A DNA stretch of 44,189 bases from a virus (taxonomy: Duplodnaviria; Caudoviricetes). The translations under genes and the position numbers were made by a program. The stretch lies in the IMG/VR virus record IMGVR_UViG_3300017700_000399, positions 1 through 44,189 of that record, one strand, 5' to 3'. This document shows, one piece after another, positions 37,133-44,189 of this stretch. Positions within the stretch are counted from its first letter, which is position 1, and every line of letters starts with the position of its first letter. Below the pieces are notes generated by a model that was given only the letters and a program-made list of their open reading frames with translations, had not been told where the DNA came from and did no database searches.

Positions 37133-37284
37133 GCCGGTACACTTGGGGACTTGACGGCTACGGCCGCGCCCATGTGGCGAAACGAGACGACCTAGTAATT
37201 CTATTTTGCATGTTGCCGGGGAACGGCGGGCAAATTGGGGTTTGGGATTTAGAGGATCAAGACGCATCGGAAAACAACTTATGA
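37129..37284 (+). CDS. Hypothetical protein (51 aa)
   Basis: MSRYTWGLDG...; ATGA overlaps on both sides. Confidence 0.6.
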   Translation: MSRYTWGLDGYGRAHVAKRDDLVILFCMLPGNGGQIGVWDLEDQDASENNL

Positions 37285-37505
37285 GCGTTACCGAAAACAT
37301 CGCCAAAGTAATCAAGGCGCGAGAGGAGGTCGAGGCGCATTGCATGTGCGCCCGATTCGTCGACGAGGGGCAACATTTCGCCGTTTATTATCCCGAGGGA
37401 TTTTTCCCGGCCGGGGTTCGCGCTCACAAGGGTATGGGTAAAGCCGTCGCGCTTCGCCGCATGCTCGCCGTCATGGAACGCCATTACAAGGAAAATTCGA
37501 TATGA
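37281..37505 (+). CDS. Hypothetical protein (74 aa)
   Basis: MSVTENIAK...; ATGA overlaps. Confidence 0.65.
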   Translation: MSVTENIAKVIKAREEVEAHCMCARFVDEGQHFAVYYPEGFFPAGVRAHKGMGKAVALRRMLAVMERHYKENSI

Positions 37506-37810
37506 AAAACGACCCGGTTTTTAAAATCATGGTCAACGCCGACCGGCAAGCGTACCTAACCGAAACGCCGGAAAAGCTCGACCAAGTGCTCGCGGGTTTG
37601 CGCGAAATGCGTTTGCATCATTACGAAATGACCGTCAAGGTTACGTCGTGGATACGTAACTGGGAAAGCCACTCGCGGCCCGATACGCGCGTCGTCGAGG
37701 ATAAAATCCGGTTGCTCAAAAAGACGCACGCTTTCCACATGGGCCGCGTGCAATTCCTTAACGACTTTTTTGCGGTCGGCGATACGGCGGAAGGGGACGC
37801 GGCAAAATGA
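37502..37810 (+). CDS. Hypothetical protein (102 aa)
   Basis: AAGGA RBS; ATGA overlaps. Confidence 0.7.
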   Translation: MKNDPVFKIMVNADRQAYLTETPEKLDQVLAGLREMRLHHYEMTVKVTSWIRNWESHSRPDTRVVEDKIRLLKKTHAFHMGRVQFLNDFFAVGDTAEGDAAK

Positions 37811-38241
37811 CAACACTTAAAAACGGGGCGCCGGGAGATTTGCCGCCGGTACCAGTCAACGTTCCGGCCGACGCTTGGGACAATGCGATACGAGCGTACG
37901 GCATCGTCGCGGCTTGCGAATGGTTCGGCCACGGTAGCGACAGCGACTTTACCGCCGAGACGATCAAGGCTCTAGCGGAGCGAAACGCCGCGGCCGTCAT
38001 TGTCGAAAATGCTTTGCCTCGAGAATTGTTCGAGCAAGATTGCCCGACCTTAGCGCCTCGGGAAAAGCTAATCATTATGGCGCCGCCTGGTTGGGTGTAC
38101 ACGGGTTACGACGGCGAGGGCGGTTTCTACCTTTTCCAAACGGGCAATTACGCCGACGGGTTCCGGGAAATGCGCGCTTTGCTTGAGGACTTGACGCCGG
38201 AGAATTTGGCGCGCATGGCCGAGTTGAACGTAACCCGCTAA
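37807..38241 (+). CDS. Hypothetical protein (144 aa)
   Basis: ATGA overlap; stop overlaps the convergent head-morphogenesis stop. Confidence 0.7.
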   Translation: MTTLKNGAPGDLPPVPVNVPADAWDNAIRAYGIVAACEWFGHGSDSDFTAETIKALAERNAAAVIVENALPRELFEQDCPTLAPREKLIIMAPPGWVYTGYDGEGGFYLFQTGNYADGFREMRALLEDLTPENLARMAELNVTR

Positions 38242-38984
38242 TCCGGGATAACCGGCTCGGGATAGCATCGGCAGTTGTAAATCTGGCCGGCGTGGCATGT
38301 CGTCCCGTCGGTTAGGTGCGCTCCCTCGCCGTTGTTCTCGTCCCAACGTACAAACTTGCCGGCCATTTTCTTGTGGCTGTCCCGGACGTCCGTATCGCCG
38401 GCGGTGCGCCATATATAGCCCTCGGATCCAACCGCGCGGGCTCGCGACTCGGTCAACTTTGACGCGGTCCGTGCGACCTCCGTACGAGCGATAAGAGTTG
38501 CGCGACTCGCCGACACTTCGCCCGACCGTTTGATTTCCTCCGCTATTTGCTTCGACCTGGACGACGTCTCGAGGGACTCGACCGTCAGCGCATGCACGCG
38601 TTGCGCGGCGTCTCTCGGCAACGAGGTAATGTAATGTACTTGCCGCTCGAGGGCGCCCCGGAGTTCGACTCCGACCGGCGCGCTCTGTATCTGGCGCCCG
38701 AGGAGCGATCCCATTTCCTCCGAGTGCGCGTTCCACGAGGCGAGGTCGGCACGGTTGACGGCGTGGATCATTTGCGCGCCTTGCGATCGCGCCCACGGTT
38801 CAATAACTTGCGCGTACCCGTCCAAGGCGCGACGGATAGCCGGCTCGGCCGCGGGGTCGTACGGGTCGAACGCGTTGACTATGTCGCCAATGTGCCGGGC
38901 AATCTTACGCAGTTGGCGCGCGTACTGGCGCTCAATACCGCGCGTACGTGGTGGTGGCGTTTTGGGTTTGCGTGGGCGTGGCAT
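38238..38984 (-). CDS. Head morphogenesis protein (Mu gpF / SPP1 gp7-like)
   Basis: RA.LIARTE, YIWRT..D..VR.SH, G...NCRC..EP. Confidence 0.92.
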   Translation of the reverse strand: MPRPRKPKTPPPRTRGIERQYARQLRKIARHIGDIVNAFDPYDPAAEPAIRRALDGYAQVIEPWARSQGAQMIHAVNRADLASWNAHSEEMGSLLGRQIQSAPVGVELRGALERQVHYITSLPRDAAQRVHALTVESLETSSRSKQIAEEIKRSGEVSASRATLIARTEVARTASKLTESRARAVGSEGYIWRTAGDTDVRDSHKKMAGKFVRWDENNGEGAHLTDGTTCHAGQIYNCRCYPEPVIPD

Positions 38985-38987
38985 GCG

Positions 38988-40478
38988 TTACTTGACCGCC
39001 GCGAGTCGCGGTTCCTTGCTCGTTGCGTCATCCTCGGCGCCGGGCATCACGTCCAAGCCTGGCACGACTAGGTCGGGTTTGGGCGGCTCCTCGGCGAGTG
39101 CTTCGATTTCCTCGTCGGTAATCTGCGTAAATACGCCGGTTGTACGAGACGCGTTGCGCAATTCTTTCGCCGCGGTTTTCGGAGAGATAATCGCGGACGC
39201 CTCGGCCTCGCAAATAGCGGACGTTGTATCTTTGGCGATCTGCGCTTTTTCGACCTCGGTAAGTTGCCACAAGGGTACGAACTCGAATTTAAACCCGGCC
39301 GGTAACGGCTTGCCGAGGATCGAGCGGGAGACCAACTCGAAAACGACATTGAGCGGCCGGCGGAGTTTGTTGTCTTGCTCTTTGGCGATATTGTCGTAAT
39401 AGGTGCGCAAGTCCGACTCGCCGGTACTGTTGAGGCCGGCGGGGGACTGCCCGAACAAACGTACGAGCGGGATTTGAAGGGCGCCGGAAATTTGCTGGCC
39501 GAATTGCAGCAACAGATTATCCAAGCCGGAGAACGCGTACGAGTGCGCCTCGAATTCGTCCTCGCCGTCAAGTACGGTCAAACCCTCGTTACTTTGCATC
39601 GAGCGTACGAGTTTCATTTGCTCGATAAACGCGTCGTACATCTTGCCGCCGGCCGCGATCAGCGAACGGAAGCCCTTGATTTTGATGGTGCGTAAATGCG
39701 CCTTGTAGACCAATTGGGCGGCGCCCTCCGTGGTCGAATCAAATGCGACGATACGATCCCAAAGACGCTCGAGCGACGATTGCCCCCAACCATTTTCCGC
39801 GAGCTCTTGGCGAAACGGGAGTTTGAGACCGTCGATACGCATACAGCGCGAATAGTGGATACGTTCGCCGATAAGCGCCTTTGCGCTTGGGTTCACGTCG
39901 TAGTAGCGGGGTTTGCCGAGGTCGGGGCCGTAATCGGTCACGAGGTCGAATAGGGTCGGGCTTACCTGCCAGCGATCGAGCGCGACGATACCTTTAAACT
40001 GGCCGAGTGCGATAGAGTCCAGGCGTAGCGGGGTGCGCAAGTCTTGGCCGTCGATCAGCAATACCGCGATACCGCCGCCGTACAGTCGACCCCATTTGGT
40101 CGCGTCGGATATCTCGCTCCACAATTGCAGCGTTTCGATACCCTTAAGCATTTTATCCGTGTCGTCGGGTTTGAGCTCGTCAGATTGAAACTGTACGCCG
40201 GCGCGCGTCATGTCCTCGGCGATCACGTCGACGGCCATACCGCAAAGCCAGTTCGAGCGGTACGCCGCTTCCAGGTTGTACGGGTTGCGGGAGATAAAGT
40301 CTATCCCGTAGCGCGAGCCGCTTTGTAGCGTATCGGTACCGTAGCCGAGGCGGGCGCTTACGTTCTGGAACGAGTCCCCCGTGCGGATAGCGTGCCGCGC
40401 CTGGTCCGTACCTTTTTGTATTGCCGCTTGACGATTAGCGACGGACTGTACGACGCGATGGTGCATTTTCTTTGCCAT
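38988..40478 (-). CDS. Portal protein (DUF1073-like)
   Basis: Y...W.....VD..AEDMTR.G, RLYGG, IP..RLFGQSP.GLN.TGE.D...YYD. Confidence 0.92.
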   Translation of the reverse strand: MAKKMHHRVVQSVANRQAAIQKGTDQARHAIRTGDSFQNVSARLGYGTDTLQSGSRYGIDFISRNPYNLEAAYRSNWLCGMAVDVIAEDMTRAGVQFQSDELKPDDTDKMLKGIETLQLWSEISDATKWGRLYGGGIAVLLIDGQDLRTPLRLDSIALGQFKGIVALDRWQVSPTLFDLVTDYGPDLGKPRYYDVNPSAKALIGERIHYSRCMRIDGLKLPFRQELAENGWGQSSLERLWDRIVAFDSTTEGAAQLVYKAHLRTIKIKGFRSLIAAGGKMYDAFIEQMKLVRSMQSNEGLTVLDGEDEFEAHSYAFSGLDNLLLQFGQQISGALQIPLVRLFGQSPAGLNSTGESDLRTYYDNIAKEQDNKLRRPLNVVFELVSRSILGKPLPAGFKFEFVPLWQLTEVEKAQIAKDTTSAICEAEASAIISPKTAAKELRNASRTTGVFTQITDEEIEALAEEPPKPDLVVPGLDVMPGAEDDATSKEPRLAAVK

Positions 40479-40559
40479 GGGGAACCCCTTTACGAATGCG
40501 GCAATTGTATGTTATCCGCGCCGTTTTGCATATCCGCAACATCTAATACAAAATAATGC

Positions 40560-40588
40560 TTGCAATGGTCGAATAATGCGACTACTAT
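40560..40588 (+). promoter_or_regulatory. Class I repeated promoter, copy D
   Basis: TTGCAA-tggtcgaataatgcgac-TACTAT. Confidence 0.88.
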
Positions 40589-40621
40589 TCTATTCATCGA
40601 CAACGCAACGGAGCAAACGAC

Positions 40622-40792
40622 ATGAAAGCCAACATTACCAAAAACGCCGACGGTACCTTTTACGCCCTGGTCGTAATCGTGCAAAAAGATGGATTCGAGC
40701 AAGTGTGCCGCGGCTACAAAGGCCGCCATTTCGCAACGTCAAAAGCCGCCGAGAAGTCGACCGCCGCTTACATCGCAAAGGCGGGCGTATGA
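40622..40792 (+). CDS. Hypothetical protein (56 aa); absent from the ORF track
   Basis: GGAG RBS; MKANITKNADGTFYALVV...AYIAKAGV. Confidence 0.7.
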   Translation: MKANITKNADGTFYALVVIVQKDGFEQVCRGYKGRHFATSKAAEKSTAAYIAKAGV

Positions 40793-40869
40793 TGCTCGCA
40801 AAAATCCTCGCCGCGTGGTTCGCATTCGTGGCGCTTTTCTCGTTCTTTATGGGGGTAATGAAATGGTAA
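40789..40869 (+). CDS. 26-aa single-TM peptide
   Basis: MMLAKILAAWFAFVALFSFFMGVMKW; ATGA overlap. Confidence 0.55.
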   Translation: MMLAKILAAWFAFVALFSFFMGVMKW

Positions 40870-40943
40870 GGCTTATCGGATTTACGGCGCTTTGCGGCGC
40901 GATCGTATGGGCGTCTCTCGTCTTGCTTGGGGTGCCGGCATGA
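40863..40943 (+). CDS. 26-aa single-TM peptide
   Basis: MVRLIGFTALCGAIVWASLVLLGVPA; GGGGG RBS; ATGA overlap with next gene. Confidence 0.55.
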   Translation: MVRLIGFTALCGAIVWASLVLLGVPA

Positions 40944-41218
40944 ACCAACTTCTACGCATGTCTAACGCGGAACTCAAACACTTGCAAACGACTCTCGACG
41001 CGCTCGTCAAAGCGAAAGAGATAGTAAAGGGCGGGGCGATAACTCCGGAAAAAATGGTGCTCGTCGGTTCAATCCAACAAGCAATAAACAATATCAAAAT
41101 CGAGATACACGAACGGCTCGTGCGCTTCGTTGCGGAACGCGGAGCGGCAGAGTATGACCGAGCATTGCAAGCGGCTCGCGACGCGCATGTAAAACTCGTC
41201 GGGAAGGTGCTGAAATGA
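40940..41218 (+). CDS. Hypothetical helical protein (92 aa)
   Basis: MNQLLRMSN...; ATGA overlaps. Confidence 0.7.
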   Translation: MNQLLRMSNAELKHLQTTLDALVKAKEIVKGGAITPEKMVLVGSIQQAINNIKIEIHERLVRFVAERGAAEYDRALQAARDAHVKLVGKVLK

Positions 41219-41472
41219 GGGGGCCGCGTTCAATCCGGATCGAGACGGACGACGAAACGTTGTACGTCGAATTGGAGCGGGCGGTACGCACGGCAATCCC
41301 GGTACCGCTTTTCGGTCGGCTGTATATCTGCTACCAAATGAAAGCGCAAGCGCACCCGCGTTTCGAGTGCATCGCCGAGTTGCGCGAGGTTCGTACCGTC
41401 GAGCGGCCAGCGATGAAAGATATAACGCCCGACCAAGTTTCGCTCGACGGGCCGTTGTTCCCGAAAGACTAG
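41215..41472 (+). CDS. Hypothetical protein (85 aa)
   Basis: ATGA overlap; stop overlaps the convergent terminase stop. Confidence 0.65.
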   Translation: MRGPRSIRIETDDETLYVELERAVRTAIPVPLFGRLYICYQMKAQAHPRFECIAELREVRTVERPAMKDITPDQVSLDGPLFPKD

Positions 41473-43097
41473 CCCGCTAGTTTCGCCCACATGTCTAGGA
41501 CGCCGCCGGCCGGATTGTAAAGCATCATTACGGCGTCGGCCAAGTTAGGCGAGCGCGTGCCGTCGGGGGCTTTGTCGATTACGACTTTGCCCGCCGTGTT
41601 GAGCGTGTAGGTCGGTTGGGACAATTCGGAGCACAGTTGCACCAAGTCCTCGAGGTCGGGGGAGAGCGAGATTATTTCGTCCGGGTTGAACTCTTTACCC
41701 TCGGCGACGGCGCGGTACGTGTTGCGGAACAAGATACGCAGATGCCACCACGATTGCGCCTTGAAATTCTGGAAAAAATCCTTGTTCTTGCGGTTCTCGA
41801 CCATTTCGCCCTCGGGGTCGTGTACCGCTCCGGATCCGCGGAACGGGTCGACGAGAATCTCCGACTTGCCCTCGAGTACGCGCGCCTCGTTGATAATGCG
41901 AGCGTCGCCCCGGACGTCGGTACCGAGGCCGTCGGCGTCGTACTGGAACGAGGTGTATCCGCCGCCGTCGCAAATGTCGAACGCCTTAACGGTCGTCGCA
42001 AAAATGTCGCTTCCCAAACCCGACCATTGCTTCAGGAAATTCATTTCAACGCCATGCTTACCGGCTAGGGCGTTTTTGTCGCGTCCCTCGTCGGCAACGT
42101 CGAGCGCGGCTTTACGGGCGCCCGATACGGTAATGCCGAGTTTTGCCGCCGCGCCGATTGCCGCTTGTACCCAGGCCGACGGGATAAACACGCCCTCAAC
42201 CGATGCCGAGTAATTCAAATCTATCTCTTGCGCCACGACGACCGGGTTATCAATCTCGGCGACTTTCTTGTCGTACCACGCTTGGTCCTTGCGCGGGTCA
42301 TCGCGCCAATGGAACGTAAATACCTTAATTTTGCCGGAGTGTCGCTTTTGCGCAAATGGGTTGCCGCGCCCGTTCGGCGTCGAGAGGTCGATACGGCAAT
42401 CGGTCGTTGCGGACAATGACGCGTCGACGAGGAGGGGGCGCTCGAGGAACGCGGCCTCGTCGACCAGGTAAAGCGATTGCCGGCCGCCGCGTCCGATACC
42501 GTCGCCGGCTTCGCCCGTCAGGATCGACCCGGACAACGGGAAAACGAGTTTCATGTGCGACGAATGCCGGCGCCTATCCCAACCGCCGCGGAACTCGGAA
42601 GGTAGCAGGGACATGAACAAGCGGCCTTTCTCGAGCAACGAATCGGGGTCGCCGAGGATATCGACGTACTCCTCTTTGCGCGAGCCGCAACCGACGGCCA
42701 TTTCGTTATTAAAGTTGCACAGCGTACACGCCAGCGACATGACGAGCCAAGAGATACCCATGTCGCGCGACTTGTCGATAATGCCCGGTTCGCCGGCGGC
42801 CCAACGCTCGAGCAACCAAGACGCGAGCTCCTCTTGCTTGGGGAACAGCAGGAACGGGAGGCGGGCGGGCAGTTTCTTGGGGACGTTACGCGGGTCGTAC
42901 GTCATGCCCCAATCGATAATAAATTGCGCCGGATGGTCGCGGTAATACGTGATTAGGCCGGGGATTACTTCGGGCGGGCGGTTCTCTGCGACCTCGAGCG
43001 CGATAGCGGCCCGGATACGCTGCAAACGCTCGAGGCGCCACTCGAATACCTGGACGTAATCGGGGTTGCGGAAGTCGTGCGGAAACGGTATCGGCAT
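41469..43097 (-). CDS. terL: Terminase large subunit
   Basis: KSRDMGISW (Walker A), LVDEAAF (Walker B), LDVADEG.D and SPNLADA nuclease motifs. Confidence 0.95.
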   Translation of the reverse strand: MPIPFPHDFRNPDYVQVFEWRLERLQRIRAAIALEVAENRPPEVIPGLITYYRDHPAQFIIDWGMTYDPRNVPKKLPARLPFLLFPKQEELASWLLERWAAGEPGIIDKSRDMGISWLVMSLACTLCNFNNEMAVGCGSRKEEYVDILGDPDSLLEKGRLFMSLLPSEFRGGWDRRRHSSHMKLVFPLSGSILTGEAGDGIGRGGRQSLYLVDEAAFLERPLLVDASLSATTDCRIDLSTPNGRGNPFAQKRHSGKIKVFTFHWRDDPRKDQAWYDKKVAEIDNPVVVAQEIDLNYSASVEGVFIPSAWVQAAIGAAAKLGITVSGARKAALDVADEGRDKNALAGKHGVEMNFLKQWSGLGSDIFATTVKAFDICDGGGYTSFQYDADGLGTDVRGDARIINEARVLEGKSEILVDPFRGSGAVHDPEGEMVENRKNKDFFQNFKAQSWWHLRILFRNTYRAVAEGKEFNPDEIISLSPDLEDLVQLCSELSQPTYTLNTAGKVVIDKAPDGTRSPNLADAVMMLYNPAGGVLDMWAKLAG

Positions 43098-43876
43098 TAG
43101 TCGCCCGATACCAACGATTGATAGATCGCCGCCGCCGTGTTGGGGTCGGTCGTCGTCAGCGTGACGCCGGCATGCTGTATCGGGCCGCCATTCTTGCCGG
43201 CGAGCTCGATCGATTTTTTAAACAGTCCCAAGTGTTGCCCGGCGAGCTCAATCGCTTTCTCCGGAGACCGGATCTTGATTTCGATACCTTCCTTTGTGCG
43301 CTTGACGCCTTGGAATAGGCGGGCGGCCGCTTTGGACAGATTGCGCGTGTCTTTGTAGACGTCGAACCCAACGCCATTGCCGAAACACTCGGGGCAATTC
43401 GGGTGCGGATCCTTGTACGGGTTGTAACCGATGCCGCCCAATACGGGAAACTCAATACCGAACGGGTCGGCGGGTTTGGACGTATCGGCCTTGCGGGACA
43501 CGACGTACGCGTCGTAGTCGCGTTGGTACTCGCCTTGGGTACGATGCCATAGGAAGCCGGCGCCATGACAGTAGCGGCACGCTCCGACGTGATGCTCGGA
43601 CAATTCGCGAGGGTCGGCACTCGCCACGAGGAACAACTCCTCGAGAACGTCGGCCGCGGTCAAGGCGAGGCCGGCTTGCATTTGCTTTTCGCGTTTATCA
43701 ATCTCGGCCGCGATTCGCGGGTCTTTCAGCAGTCGCGCCGCCTCGGTGCAACAAGTGTCGTACGACGCCGTCGTGTACACGCGTCCGTAAGCCGCCGTTC
43801 CGTTCCGCGGCATGGCGGAGAGGTATTCGGCAACGAACCGGAGGCGGTTATGGTTGAGCGGTAGCGTCGTAGTCAT
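43097..43876 (-). CDS. terS: Terminase small subunit with zinc-finger insertion
   Basis: F..EYL...N.T.A, A.RLL..P.I, KAIEL.G.HLG.F; CRYCHGAG and CPECFGNG. Confidence 0.9.
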   Translation of the reverse strand: MTTTLPLNHNRLRFVAEYLSAMPRNGTAAYGRVYTTASYDTCCTEAARLLKDPRIAAEIDKREKQMQAGLALTAADVLEELFLVASADPRELSEHHVGACRYCHGAGFLWHRTQGEYQRDYDAYVVSRKADTSKPADPFGIEFPVLGGIGYNPYKDPHPNCPECFGNGVGFDVYKDTRNLSKAAARLFQGVKRTKEGIEIKIRSPEKAIELAGQHLGLFKKSIELAGKNGGPIQHAGVTLTTTDPNTAAAIYQSLVSGD

Positions 43877-43882
43877 GCGCGG

Positions 43883-43911
43883 AGCATACCTCCAAACTTT
43901 CACTCCGGCAA
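43883..43911 (-). promoter_or_regulatory. sigma70-like promoter for terS, possibly giving a leaderless transcript
   Basis: TTGCCG-N17-TATGCT, 6 nt before ATG 43876. Confidence 0.55.
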
Positions 43912-44003
43912 GGAATTCTCGGGACTCCCTTACGAGGTCCGCCCCCTCTCCGCTATCCCTTCCCGAACGACGCGTAAGAACCGTTATGGAGCATCTTACA
44001 CGA

Positions 44004-44189
44004 ATACCCCGTCATACCCCGTCGATACCCAGTATATCGGGGTATTTTATTTCCTTTCTATTCAACGACTTACGACTAAATACCCAGATACCCCGTTCTA
44101 TTACTACTTTTAAAAGTCTGGGGAAAAACAGTTTTACAAAACGTTGAAGTTTAGTACTAAATCTAAAGGTTAAGAAGTAACGACTAACC
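44004..44189. repeat. Iteron-like ATACCC(C/A)G array plus AT-rich tract (putative origin, left part)
   Basis: Copies at 44004, 44014, 44025, 44080, 44088; inverted copy at 44038. Confidence 0.7.

Larger units (their letters stand above)
1..44189. mobile_element. Near-complete or complete myovirus-type bacteriophage genome (Bcep781/OP2-like organisation), probably lytic
   Basis: Terminase, portal, protease, capsid, sheath, tube, baseplate, fibre, lysis and replication genes all present; no host genes and no integrase seen; both ends fall in the same repeat-rich intergenic region. Confidence 0.92.

Noticed and set aside
38988-40478. Anti-CBASS Acb1 label sometimes attached to DUF1073 proteins
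   Set aside because: Size, motifs and position fit a plain portal protein; no extra phosphoesterase domain visible
43812-44147. 111-aa ORF over the origin-like region
   Set aside because: Overlaps terS antisense and the repeats; no recognisable features
44186-44189. Terminal direct repeat (AACC at both ends)
   Set aside because: Only 4 bp; not distinguishable from chance

Overview
The window looks like an essentially complete, circularly permuted ~44-kb dsDNA tailed-phage genome with a contractile tail. Its gene set and order resemble Bcep781/OP2-type myoviruses (family resemblance recognised by eye, not searched). Layout: (1) 176-4660, small accessory genes, including a cupin-fold protein and a C5-cytosine methyltransferase-like gene split at a G10 tract; (2) 4831-17269, replication module with an NrS-1-like primase-polymerase/helicase, TetR-like regulator, RdgC, TraR-like protein, VRR-NUC nuclease, SF2 helicase, Cas4-like exonuclease, SSB-like protein and family A DNA polymerase; (3) 17332-19175, small genes; (4) 19095-20996, lysis cassette; (5) 21071-43876, minus-strand morphogenesis operon interrupted by two antisense islands of small genes; (6) an AT-rich, repeat-flanked origin-like region spanning the two window ends. 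I saw no integrase, tRNA or CRISPR array. The strongest unexplained signals are a steep CAG/CTG depletion in a genome carrying a possibly phase-variable C5-MTase next to a cupin, and a structured non-coding region with two kissing-loop three-way junctions upstream of the polymerase. Also notable are two families of operator-containing promoters, a -1 tail-chaperone frameshift, and a shared T-x-D motif in scaffold, capsid and portal. All product calls come from motif recognition and synteny; counts were made by hand.
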